From: Thermoanaerobaculia bacterium
GTDB taxonomy: Bacteria > Acidobacteriota > Thermoanaerobaculia > Multivoradales > UBA5704
Reading direction: 5' to 3'
Length of the DNA stretch: 64,000 nucleotides
Assembly: GCA_036399915.1 (NCBI GenBank)
Contig: DASWME010000222.1
Span: forward strand, 7,164 to 71,163
The notes below the pieces were generated by a model that saw nothing but the letters and a program-made list of their open reading frames with translations, did not search any database and was not told the origin of the DNA. Position 1 is the stretch's first letter. Each line of letters opens with the position of its first letter. A program made the position numbers and the translations under genes. Positions 52,606-61,428 of this stretch are shown in pieces.

Positions 52606-54000
52606 TCAGTGGGCCACGTAGCCGAGGTTCTTGAGCTCCTTCTTCAGCTCCTCGGGTACCTCCTGCTGGCGCGAGCGGTTGCGCAGGCCGGCGAAGCGTT
52701 GGCGGATCAGCTTCGCCAGCTCTGCCACTTTGCCGGGCTGGCCCGCCGCCAGGTTTTCGGTCTCGCCCGGGTCCCGCGACAGGTCGTACAGCTCCTCGCG
52801 GCCGATCGGGTAGTGGCCCGGAGGGGCGTCGGGGATGCAGACCGGCGAGATGCCGTCCGGGTTGTGCACCAGCTTCCAGCTCCCCTGGATCGCCGTGCGC
52901 ACGGTGCTCGAGCCGTACTCGGAGAAGGCCGGCTTGCCCGCGCCGCCGGCGCCGGGGCGCTCGAGGTAGGGCACCAGCGATCTGCCGTGCTGCTCGGCGG
53001 GCTTCGCCACGCCCAGCAGGTCGAGCAGGGTGGGGAGCACGTCGATCAGCTCCACCGTCTGCGGCACCCGCGCCCCGGCGGGCAGCAACCCGGGAGCGGA
53101 GAAGCCTAGAGGCACGTGCAGGGTCGTCTGGTAGACCGAGCACGAGTGGTAGAGGTAGCGGTTGTGCTGGTAGAGCTCCTCGCCGTGGTCGGCGGCGAAG
53201 ACCACGATCGTGCGGTCGAGCCGGCCCGCCGCCTTCAGGCCGTCGAGCAGTGAGCCGCTCAGCCGGTCGCTCCCCTGCACGGCCGCGTCGTAGAGGGCGT
53301 CGAGGTGCCGGACGTCCCGGGAGCCGAGGGGGATCGGCTTCGTCATCACCGAATCGAGCTGCCATTTCTTGGGACCGAGGGGGCCCGTGTAACCGGGATC
53401 GAGCTGGTCCGCCAGGTCGCCGCCGTTGTAGTAGGGGGGATGGGCGCCAAAGAGGTGGACCCAGAGCAGGAAGGGACGGCTGGCGTCCACGCCCTGGACC
53501 CACTCGAGCGCGCGGCGGACGCTCTTGCCGTCCTGCCCTCCGGAGCAGGCGAAGGCGTCCCAGCCCTGGTGGTTCGCCCGGCACATGTTGCTCAAGAATG
53601 CCCCGGTCTGGTAGCCGGCGCCGTGCAGCAGCCGGGGCAGGGTCGGCAGGCCGTCGGGCAAGCCGTAGCCGTTCTCGGCCACCCCGTGCCCGCTCGGATA
53701 GAGGCCCGTCAGCAGAGAAGCCAGCGACGGCCAGGTCGAAGCCCGCTGCGCCATGGCGTTCTCGAACAGGACGCCGGAGGCGAGCTGCGCATCGATTCCG
53801 GGGCTGTTGCCCGCCCGCGCCGTGTACCCGTAGGCCCCGAGCCGGTCCGCCCGCAGCGTATCGACCGTCAGGAGGACGACGTTCCACCCCTTTGCCCCTC
53901 CGGCCAGCCGGCGCCGCTCCGCCTGTGCCCTGGGCTCGGGCCCGCAGCCCGCGGTGGCCAGGGGCAGGCAGAGGAGAAGGAAGAGGGCGTGTCGTCGCAT
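52606..54000 (-). CDS. sulfatase-like (alkaline-phosphatase superfamily) lipoprotein hydrolase/transferase
   Basis: It has the lipobox LATAGC and VVLLTVDTLRADRLG. The site aligned to the sulfatase C/S-x-P-x-R motif reads T-W-P-S-L (ASTWPSLASLLTG), so the nucleophile is probably Thr rather than formylglycine. Confidence 0.8.
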   Translation of the reverse strand: MRRHALFLLLCLPLATAGCGPEPRAQAERRRLAGGAKGWNVVLLTVDTLRADRLGAYGYTARAGNSPGIDAQLASGVLFENAMAQRASTWPSLASLLTGLYPSGHGVAENGYGLPDGLPTLPRLLHGAGYQTGAFLSNMCRANHQGWDAFACSGGQDGKSVRRALEWVQGVDASRPFLLWVHLFGAHPPYYNGGDLADQLDPGYTGPLGPKKWQLDSVMTKPIPLGSRDVRHLDALYDAAVQGSDRLSGSLLDGLKAAGRLDRTIVVFAADHGEELYQHNRYLYHSCSVYQTTLHVPLGFSAPGLLPAGARVPQTVELIDVLPTLLDLLGVAKPAEQHGRSLVPYLERPGAGGAGKPAFSEYGSSTVRTAIQGSWKLVHNPDGISPVCIPDAPPGHYPIGREELYDLSRDPGETENLAAGQPGKVAELAKLIRQRFAGLRNRSRQQEVPEELKKELKNLGYVAH

Positions 54001-54159
54001 GAGGGGCTCCGGAGGGCGGATTCTAGCCCGGTTCTGACCGGGTTTTTCCCCGCCGCCGCCGCCCCTCCTTGCGCAGAGTTGCAGAAAGAAGGTATAAAGG
54101 AGTCCCCTTCCGTGCCGATCCTCTCGGCACCGCTCCTCTCCTTTTCAAAGGAGAGGAAT

Positions 54160-54939
54160 ATGAACGCATTCGAGAAGCGCCGCATCTCCCCGCGGCAGCG
54201 GCAGGAGGCGGCTTTCCAGGCCGCCTGGGAGGACCTGGTCCGGCGGTACGGCCCGCTCCTGCGCGGGCAGGTCCACCGGTCATTGCGGAGCGCGGGGCTG
54301 CCACGGCAGCCCGAGCAGGTGGAGGAGCGGGTCCAGGAGGTCTACTGCCGCCTGCTGACGGGCGGGACCGGGCGGCTGCGGCGGCTGCGCCGCTGGAGCG
54401 AGGGGCAGGTGGTGACCTACCTCACCCGGGTCGCCCAGCGGGTGGTGGTGGACGAGCTGCGGGCCATGGCCGCCGCCAAGCGCGGCGGGGGCCTGCGGGT
54501 CTCGTTCGCCGGCTGCCTGAGCGAGTTCGCCGACCGGACCGTCGATCCCGGCGGCACCCCCGAGGACCGCGCCATGGTCTCCGAGGGCCGGCGCCTCCTG
54601 CTGCAGCACTGCCGCCTGGTCGCCGACTCGATGGCGGCAGGGCCGGACCGCAGACGCTGCCTGCGCATCCTCCGGCTCGCCCTGCTCGAGGGGTGGAGCA
54701 GCGAGGAGATCGCCCGCGCCGAGGGCGGACTGCTGGCCGCGAGCACCGTCGACTCGCTGGTGCACCGCATCCGCCGGCGGCTGGCCCGCAGCGGCCTCGA
54801 CCTGCCGAGCCGCAGGAAGGGCCGGGGGGCGCTGCTATCATCGCGCCCATGGTCCGCGTCTTCACCGCCCCCGCCTGCCGCGAGCACCGCACCCCGTCCG
54901 GCTTCCCGGAGAAGCCGGAGCGGCTCGCGGGGATCCTGA
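54160..54939 (+). CDS. sigma-70/ECF-like RNA polymerase sigma factor (divergent)
   Basis: A region-2-like EERVQEVYCRLL...YLTRVAQRVVVDELR and a region-4-like EEIARAEGGLLAASTVDSLVHRIRRRL are present. Its Pro/Ser/Arg tail overlaps the next gene by 91 nt in another frame. Confidence 0.5.
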   Translation: MNAFEKRRISPRQRQEAAFQAAWEDLVRRYGPLLRGQVHRSLRSAGLPRQPEQVEERVQEVYCRLLTGGTGRLRRLRRWSEGQVVTYLTRVAQRVVVDELRAMAAAKRGGGLRVSFAGCLSEFADRTVDPGGTPEDRAMVSEGRRLLLQHCRLVADSMAAGPDRRRCLRILRLALLEGWSSEEIARAEGGLLAASTVDSLVHRIRRRLARSGLDLPSRRKGRGALLSSRPWSASSPPPPAASTAPRPASRRSRSGSRGS

Positions 54940-55796
54940 GCCGGCTGCGGGAGAGCGGCTGGCCGGTGGGGGAGGAGGGGGTCGACCCGGAGACGGCGCG
55001 CGAGGCCGTGGGGGCTCTCCATGAGGAGGGTTATGTCACCCGCTTCCAGCGCGCCGTCGCCCGCGGCGACTCCCTGCTCGACTCGGCGGACAACCCGCTC
55101 TCCGAGGGTACCTGGCAGGCGGCCTGGGCGGCGGTCGCGGCGACCCTCGCCGCGGCGGACTGGGTCGCCGGGGGCGAGGGCCGCACGGCTCTCGCGGCGG
55201 TGCGCCCTCCGGGCCACCACGCCGAGCGGGGCATGGCCATGGGCTTCTGCTTCTTCAACAACGTGGCGGTCGCGGCCGAGCACCTGCGCCGCCGCCACGG
55301 CGCCTCCCGGTTGGCCATCTTCGACTTCGACGTGCACCACGGCAACGGCACCCAGCACACTTTCGAGGAGCGGGCCGACATCTTCTACGCGAGCACCCAT
55401 CAGTACCCCTTCTATCCCGGGACCGGCGCCGCGGACGAGCGGGGGAGGGGGGCCGGGGAGGGGTTCACCCTCAACGTCCCCCTGCCCGCCGGAACCGGCG
55501 ACGAGGGCTACGCCGAGGCCATCCGCAGCGCGGTCCTCCCCGCCCTCCGCCGCTTCGCGCCCGACGCGCTGCTGCTCTCCGCCGGCTTCGACGCCTGGCG
55601 GAGCGACCCGCTGGGAGGCATGCGCGTGAGCGAGGAGGGATTCCGGAGCTGGGGGGACTGGCTGCGCGAGCTGGCCGCCGAGGTCTGCGGCGGCCGCGTC
55701 CTCGCCGTCCTGGAGGGGGGATACGACCTGCTGCACCTGCCAGGGCTGGTGGAGGCGAGCCTGGAGGGGCTGGCGGGAGGGCGTCCCAGCCTATAG
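54849..55796 (+). CDS. histone deacetylase-family (class II / AcuC-AphA-like) deacetylase
   Basis: RPPGHHAERGMAMGFCFFNN, DFDVHHGNGTQ and YPGTG are present. Confidence 0.9.
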   Translation: MVRVFTAPACREHRTPSGFPEKPERLAGILSRLRESGWPVGEEGVDPETAREAVGALHEEGYVTRFQRAVARGDSLLDSADNPLSEGTWQAAWAAVAATLAAADWVAGGEGRTALAAVRPPGHHAERGMAMGFCFFNNVAVAAEHLRRRHGASRLAIFDFDVHHGNGTQHTFEERADIFYASTHQYPFYPGTGAADERGRGAGEGFTLNVPLPAGTGDEGYAEAIRSAVLPALRRFAPDALLLSAGFDAWRSDPLGGMRVSEEGFRSWGDWLRELAAEVCGGRVLAVLEGGYDLLHLPGLVEASLEGLAGGRPSL

Positions 55797-55956
55797 ACAA
55801 AGAGCAATGATTGACTTTCCGCACCGGTCCTCATAGAATCACCGAAAAGTTCACGTAATACAGGAAGGGTGACCGGCCAGGTCCGCGTCCTTCGGCTGTT
55901 TCCACGATTCACTCCGGGTGGTTGTGCAGGGGGCGGCGTAGTGAGGAGGTAGGAGC

Positions 55957-57159
55957 ATGAAGCGCAATGTCATCCTGTTTGCGGTCGCGGCGGTCCTGCT
56001 GGCCGCGCTTCCGGCCTCGGCGGCGGCGCCGTTCGGTGCGTTCGACGGCATCCTGCGGGGGGGCAACTCCGGCGCCGGCCTGATCCCGCTGGTCGGCTGG
56101 GCTCTCGACGACAACGGCGTGCGGTCGGTGGACATCCTGGTGGATGGCGTGGTCGCCGGCCGCGCCCTCTACGGCATGACCCGGCCGCGGGTGACGGCGA
56201 GGTTCCCGCGCTTCCCGGACTCGGCGGCCCCCGGCTTCGGCTTCTCCCTCGACAGCACCCGTTACCTCAACGGCGTCCACACCGTCTCCGCTCAGGTGAC
56301 GAGCAAGGCCGGCGAGGTGGTCACCCTGGCGCCGAAGCGGATCCAGTTCACCAATGTGGAGCACAACCTGGCGCCGTTCGGCGAGATCGAGTTCCCCAGG
56401 GCGCAGGCCGAGCTGCGCGGCAAGTGCGACCTCGCCAACCCGAACCGCCGCTACAGCGTCGTCTCCGGCTATGCCCTGGACGCCGGCCTGACCGACGACG
56501 ACTCCGGCGTCGGCTACGTCGAGCTGCTGATCGACCGCGCCGTCTGGGCCAACTCCAGGCTCGACTGCCACTTCTCCGTGCCCGAGGGCGGCGCCTCCAA
56601 CTGCTACGGCATCCGGCGCACGGACATCGAGCAGGTCTACCCCGCCATCAAGGGCAGCGGGCACAGCGGCTTCCGCTTCGTCCTCGACGTCGGCCTGCTG
56701 ATGGCGGTCGGCTACACCCCCGGCACCCACGTCCTGACGGTGCGGGCCGGCGACCACGCCAGCCAGGTGCGCAACATCGACGAGCTCGTGGTCAACTTCT
56801 CCTGCGACGAGGACGTCGCCAACGAGAACGCCTTCGGCGAGATCGACGTGCCGCGCAACGGCCTGCTCTACCAGGGCGTCATCCAGGCGAGCGGCTGGGC
56901 CCTCGACTTCGAGGGCATCTCGGCCGTCAAGGTCCTGGTCGACGGCACCTTCGTCGGCCTGGCGACGATCGGCTTCGCACGGCCGGACGTCACCTTCTTC
57001 TATCCCGGCTACCCGGAGAGCGCCGCGCCCGGCTGGCAGCTCTCCCTCGACACCCGGCTGTTCTCCAACGGCGAGCACTTCATCGACGCGATCGTGGTGG
57101 ACGACCTCGGCGCCGAGACCTACATCGGCCGGCGGCGGTTCGTCATCGACAACCCGTAG
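55957..57159 (+). CDS. secreted protein with three tandem ~120-aa Ig-like/beta-sandwich repeats
   Basis: After the signal peptide, each repeat starts (A)PFG-x-(I/F)D/E and contains GWALD...V.(I/L)LVDG...RPDV/RTDI..(F/Y)P...S...GF...D..L..G.H. Confidence 0.65.
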   Translation: MKRNVILFAVAAVLLAALPASAAAPFGAFDGILRGGNSGAGLIPLVGWALDDNGVRSVDILVDGVVAGRALYGMTRPRVTARFPRFPDSAAPGFGFSLDSTRYLNGVHTVSAQVTSKAGEVVTLAPKRIQFTNVEHNLAPFGEIEFPRAQAELRGKCDLANPNRRYSVVSGYALDAGLTDDDSGVGYVELLIDRAVWANSRLDCHFSVPEGGASNCYGIRRTDIEQVYPAIKGSGHSGFRFVLDVGLLMAVGYTPGTHVLTVRAGDHASQVRNIDELVVNFSCDEDVANENAFGEIDVPRNGLLYQGVIQASGWALDFEGISAVKVLVDGTFVGLATIGFARPDVTFFYPGYPESAAPGWQLSLDTRLFSNGEHFIDAIVVDDLGAETYIGRRRFVIDNP

Positions 57160-57288
57160 ACCCCTCTCCGGTTTCGCTCCCGCGACGCCCCGGCCGGCCG
57201 GCTGGGGCGTTCATGTTTCTATGCCCTAAATCCTTGAGTTTCATGCTCTCAGGCCATGTTTTCTCCCCGGTGCTATCCTTCGCGGGCG

Positions 57289-58236
57289 ATGGCGGGGATC
57301 GACCGCGTCCTGTTCTTCGGCACGCCGGAGTTCGCGGTGCCGGCGCTCGCGGCGCTGACGGCGGCCGGCAGGGCTCCGGTGCGCGTGGTCACCCAGCCCG
57401 CGAAGCCGGCCGGCCGCGGCCGCCGGCCGCAGGACCCGCCGGTCGCGGCGTGGGCGCGCGAGCGCGGCCTTGAGGTGGCGCAGCCCGAGCGCGTGCGCGA
57501 CCCCGGTTTCCTGGCCGAGGCGGCGGCGCTCGCCCCGGACGTCGCGGTGGTGGTCGCCTTCGGGCAGATCTTCCCGCGCGCCCTGCTCGACCTGCCGCGG
57601 CACGGCTGCGTCAACCTCCACGCCTCGCTGCTGCCGCGCTGGCGCGGTGCCTCGCCGGTGCAGGCCGCGCTGGCCGCGGGCGACACCCGGACGGGCGTGA
57701 CCACGATGCTGATGGAGGAGGGGCTCGACACCGGCCCCATCCTCCTCCAGGAGGAGACGGAGATCGGTCCCGGCGAGACCGCGGACGAGCTGGCGCGCCG
57801 GCTCGCCGAGATGGGGGGCCGGCTGATGGTGCGCACGCTGGAGGGGCTGGAGCGGGGGGACTTGGAGCCCCGGCCGCAGCCGGCCACGAGAGTAACCTAC
57901 GCGCCGCGCCTCAAGCGCGACAGCGGCCGCGTCGACTGGGGGCTCGCCGCCCGCGAGATCCACGACCGCCTGCGCGCCTACACGCCGTGGCCCGGGCTGA
58001 CGGCGGAGCTGCGCGGCGAGCCCGTCAAGATCGTCGCCGCCGAGATCCTCGACGCGGCCGGCGATGGCGCGGCGCCCGGCACGGTGCTGGGGCTGCGCGA
58101 CGGCCGGCTCGCCGTGGCCTGTGGCGGCGGCAGCGTGCTGGGCCTCTCCGAGCTGCAGCGGCCGGGCAAGCGGGCCTTGCGCGCGGCGGACTTCGTCAAT
58201 GGGGAACGGCTGCGGACTGGCGAGAGCTTCGCGTGA
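57289..58236 (+). CDS. fmt: methionyl-tRNA formyltransferase
   Basis: VLFFGTPEFAVPAL, NLHASLLPRWRGASPVQ and the C-terminal domain are present. Confidence 0.93.
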   Translation: MAGIDRVLFFGTPEFAVPALAALTAAGRAPVRVVTQPAKPAGRGRRPQDPPVAAWARERGLEVAQPERVRDPGFLAEAAALAPDVAVVVAFGQIFPRALLDLPRHGCVNLHASLLPRWRGASPVQAALAAGDTRTGVTTMLMEEGLDTGPILLQEETEIGPGETADELARRLAEMGGRLMVRTLEGLERGDLEPRPQPATRVTYAPRLKRDSGRVDWGLAAREIHDRLRAYTPWPGLTAELRGEPVKIVAAEILDAAGDGAAPGTVLGLRDGRLAVACGGGSVLGLSELQRPGKRALRAADFVNGERLRTGESFA

Positions 58237-58256
58237 ACCGCCGGGCGCGAGCGAGC

Positions 58257-59666
58257 ATGTCGAAGCGGCATTTCTCACCTCCGCTCGCCTCCCAGACCGG
58301 CGCCGGCCGCAGCCGGCGGTTCACCCCCCGGCGCACGCCGCAGGACAACGTGCGCGTCGCCGCGGCCTGGGTGCTGGAGCGCACCCTGCAGTCGCTGGCG
58401 CCGGCGGACTCCTTCCTCGACAGCGCCCTGCCGCGCTTCGACGAGCGCGACCAGGGCCTGCTGCGCGAGCTGGTGATGGGGAGCCTGCGCTGGCTGCGCC
58501 GGCTCGACCACGTGATCGCCGCGGCGAGCAACCGCTCGTTCCAGCAGATCGAGACGGCGCTGCACGGGCCTCTGCGCATCGCCACCTACCAGCTCCTCTT
58601 CCTCGACCGGGTGCCGGCCCACGCCGCCGTGCACGAGGCCGTCGAGCAGGCCCACCAGCTCACCCACCGCGGCGGCGCGAGCTTCGTCAACGGCGTGCTG
58701 CGCCGCATCGCGCGCGCGCCGCGGCTGGACGACTGGCCGGTCGAGGAGCCCGATCCGGTGCGGCGCCTGGGGGTGGAGAAGAGCCACCCCGACTTCCTCG
58801 TCGCGCGCTGGCTCGAGCGCTTCGGCCGCGAGCGGGCGCTCGCCCTGCTCGATGCCAACAATCGCGCCAAGCCCCCGCACGTCCTCGCCTTCCGCGACCG
58901 TGGCGGCCGCGAGCTGTTGGCCGAGGCGCTGATCGACGAAGGCCTGGAGGTCGAGCCCGCCGGGCTCTCGCCGCTGGGCCTGATCGTGCGCCGTGGCAAC
59001 CCGCTGGCGTCCGCGGCCTTCCAGCGCGGGGACCTCTACGTGCAGGACGAGGCGAGCCAGGCCGCGGCCCTGATCCCGCCGCCGCGCCCCGGCGAGACCG
59101 TGCTCGACGCGGCGGCGGCGCCGGGCGGCAAGAGCTTCTCCCTGCTCGCCTGGGAGCCGCGCGTGAGCGTCACGCTGAGCGACCTCGCCCTCGGCCGCGC
59201 CAACGTGCTGCGCGCCAACCTGAGGCGGCTGCGGCGCAACCTGCCGCTCGCCGTGGCGGACGCCGGCGCGCCCCCCTTCGAGCGCCCCTTCGACCGCGTG
59301 GTGCTCGACCTGCCCTGCACCGGTACGGGGACGCTGCGCCGGCATCCCGAGATCAAGTGGCGGATCAGCGAGGGGGAGATCGGGCGCCTGTCGCGCCAGG
59401 CCCTGCGCCTGCTCGAAGGCGGCGCGCCGCTGGTCGCTCCCGGCGGCCGGCTGGTGGCCATCACCTGCTCGCTCGAGCGGGAGGAGAACGAGGAGGTCGT
59501 GGCGCGCTTTCTCGCGACGCATCCGGAGTTCGCGCCGCTCCCTCTCGAAGGAGTGCTGGAGCGCCCCTTGGCGGCGAGCGTGACGGGCCCCGGAGCCTGG
59601 CGCATCCTGACCGGCGGCGACCACGACGGGTTCTCCGTCAACGTGCTCGCGAAAGCCCGGATCTAG
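58257..59666 (+). CDS. rsmB: 16S rRNA (cytosine967-C5)-methyltransferase
   Basis: It has a NusB-like N-terminus, the SAM site DAAAAPGGKS, and DLPCTGTGTLRRHPEIKWR...TCS. An alternative GTG start at 58233 overlaps the fmt stop. Confidence 0.88.
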   Translation: MSKRHFSPPLASQTGAGRSRRFTPRRTPQDNVRVAAAWVLERTLQSLAPADSFLDSALPRFDERDQGLLRELVMGSLRWLRRLDHVIAAASNRSFQQIETALHGPLRIATYQLLFLDRVPAHAAVHEAVEQAHQLTHRGGASFVNGVLRRIARAPRLDDWPVEEPDPVRRLGVEKSHPDFLVARWLERFGRERALALLDANNRAKPPHVLAFRDRGGRELLAEALIDEGLEVEPAGLSPLGLIVRRGNPLASAAFQRGDLYVQDEASQAAALIPPPRPGETVLDAAAAPGGKSFSLLAWEPRVSVTLSDLALGRANVLRANLRRLRRNLPLAVADAGAPPFERPFDRVVLDLPCTGTGTLRRHPEIKWRISEGEIGRLSRQALRLLEGGAPLVAPGGRLVAITCSLEREENEEVVARFLATHPEFAPLPLEGVLERPLAASVTGPGAWRILTGGDHDGFSVNVLAKARI

Positions 59667-59768
59667 GCGGTTCTGCGCGTCCCCATTCCGTATTGACAGC
59701 CCACCCGGGTTGCCTTATCGTTTCCGCCAGTCAATTTTGTTCAGGAACACCACTCAAGGAGGAGAGAG

Positions 59769-60071
59769 ATGGCTGGTAAGGCTGACCTGGTGAATAGCAT
59801 TGTGGACTCCGTCGAGGGCATCACCCGGCGGCAGGCCGTCGCGGCTTTCGATGCGGTCTTCGATGCGATCTCCGGCGCACTGAAGGCGGGCGAGTCCGCC
59901 AAGGTGCCTGGCTTCGGCAGCTTCAGCGTTTCCGATCGCGGCGCCCGCAAGGGCCGCAACCCCGCCACCGGCGAGTCGATCACGATCAAGGCCAGCAAGG
60001 CGGTCCGCTTCAAGGCCGGCAAGGAGCTCAAGGACTCGGTCAACACCAAGCGGCGGGGGGGCCGCAGGTAG
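59769..60071 (+). CDS. hup: HU-family DNA-binding protein
   Basis: KADLVNSIVD...GFGSFSVSDRGARKGRNPATGESITIKASKAVRFKAGKELK is present, with a short basic tail. Confidence 0.93.
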   Translation: MAGKADLVNSIVDSVEGITRRQAVAAFDAVFDAISGALKAGESAKVPGFGSFSVSDRGARKGRNPATGESITIKASKAVRFKAGKELKDSVNTKRRGGRR

Positions 60072-60140
60072 GCGCAGGCGGCCCGCACCGCGAAGCCCCC
60101 GCGCGCAGGAGGGGCGCGCCGGGGCTTCGGCGTTCCGGGG

Positions 60141-60184
60141 GGCCTCACCCCCTGGCCCCCTCTCCCGCGAAGCGGGAGAGGGGA
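60141..60184. repeat. REP-like element copy between convergent hup and glycosyltransferase genes
   Basis: The sequence is ggcctcaccccctgg-cccctctcccgc-gaa-gcgggagagggg, with a 12-bp stem. Confidence 0.85.
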
Positions 60185-60192
60185 ACGCGGTC

Positions 60193-60873
60193 TTATCGGA
60201 TATGCCGGTAGAGCCGCGCCAGGCGGTGCGGCGACACACCCAGCAAGAACAGCATCCAGATCAGCCAGTTGGTCGCCACCGTACGCGCCGCGCCCTGCGT
60301 GACGAAGCGGCGGGCGCAGGTCGTCACCGGCTCCTCGATCAGCGCCATCCCGCCCAGCCGGCGCAGCCGGACCGCGAAGTCCAGGTCCTCCAGGATCGGC
60401 CAGTCGCGGAAGCCTCCCAGCCGCTCGAAGGTCGCGCGCGTCGCGAACTGCGCCTGATCGCCCAGCGGCAGCCGCGTGAGCCGCGTGCGCTGGTTGATGA
60501 GCCAGGCGCCCAGGCGCTGCGCCGGGCGGTCCGCGTCGAAGCGGACGAGGAAGGCGCCGCCCGGCGCGCCCCTGGCCACCGCCGCGCGCACGGCCTCGGC
60601 GCCGCACGCGGGCAGCGTCGTGTCCGCGTGGAGGAAGAGCAGCACCTCCGCCGCCGCCGCCGCGGCCCCGCGGTTGAGCTGGCCGCCGCGGCCGGGCGGA
60701 CCCGAGACCACCCGGGCGCCGAGCCGCCGCGCCACCTCGGCGGTGCCATCGCGGCTGCCGCCGTCGGAGACCACGACCTCGTCGGCCACGGCGAGGGCCG
60801 CGGGCAGGTTGCGGCGCAGAGCGTCCTCCTCGTCGAGAGCGGGCACCACGATCGCCAGGCGCATGAGGGCCAA
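60193..60873 (-). CDS. family-2 glycosyltransferase (TIGR04283-like, short form)
   Basis: IVVPALDEE...VVVSDGGSRDGT...LFLHADT...EDLDF is present. Confidence 0.75.
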   Translation of the reverse strand: MALMRLAIVVPALDEEDALRRNLPAALAVADEVVVSDGGSRDGTAEVARRLGARVVSGPPGRGGQLNRGAAAAAAEVLLFLHADTTLPACGAEAVRAAVARGAPGGAFLVRFDADRPAQRLGAWLINQRTRLTRLPLGDQAQFATRATFERLGGFRDWPILEDLDFAVRLRRLGGMALIEEPVTTCARRFVTQGAARTVATNWLIWMLFLLGVSPHRLARLYRHIR

Positions 60874-60951
60874 GATGGCGAAATGCTAGCATGCCGGCGC
60901 CCTACTGTTGGGATCAACCGTCGGGATCCAACCGTCCGGAGACGCCGTTCG

Positions 60952-61428
60952 ATGAGCTCGCAAGGTCCGTTCAGCCATCTCGATCCGCAGGGCAGCGCCC
61001 ACATGGTAGACGTCTCGGAGAAGCCGGTCACCCGGCGCGTGGCCGAGGCGTCCTGCCGCGTGCTGCTCTCCGCGCAGACCCTGATCCGCCTGGCCAACCT
61101 CCCCAAGGGGGACGCCTTCGCCGTGGCCCGCCTCGCCGGCATCCAGGGGGCCAAGCGCACCCCGGAGCTGATCCCCCTCGCGCACCAGATCCCGCTCGAC
61201 CAGGTGGAGGTCGAGATCCAGCCCATCCCTGAAGGCGTCGCGATCCGCAGCCGCGTCGTGGTCAACGCCCGCACCGGCGCCGAGATGGAAGCGCTGCTCG
61301 CCTGCTCCATGGCGGCGCTCGCCCTCTACGACATGGTCAAGGCGATCGAGAAGGGCGTCGTCGTCACCGACCTGCGCCTGGAGACCAAGAGCGGCGGCCG
61401 GACGGGAACGTACAGGAGGGAAGGATGA
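60952..61428 (+). CDS. moaC: cyclic pyranopterin monophosphate synthase
   Basis: HMVDVSEKPVTRR, KGDAFAVARLAGIQGAKRT.ELIPLAH and MEALLA...ALALYDM.K are present. Confidence 0.92.
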   Translation: MSSQGPFSHLDPQGSAHMVDVSEKPVTRRVAEASCRVLLSAQTLIRLANLPKGDAFAVARLAGIQGAKRTPELIPLAHQIPLDQVEVEIQPIPEGVAIRSRVVVNARTGAEMEALLACSMAALALYDMVKAIEKGVVVTDLRLETKSGGRTGTYRREG

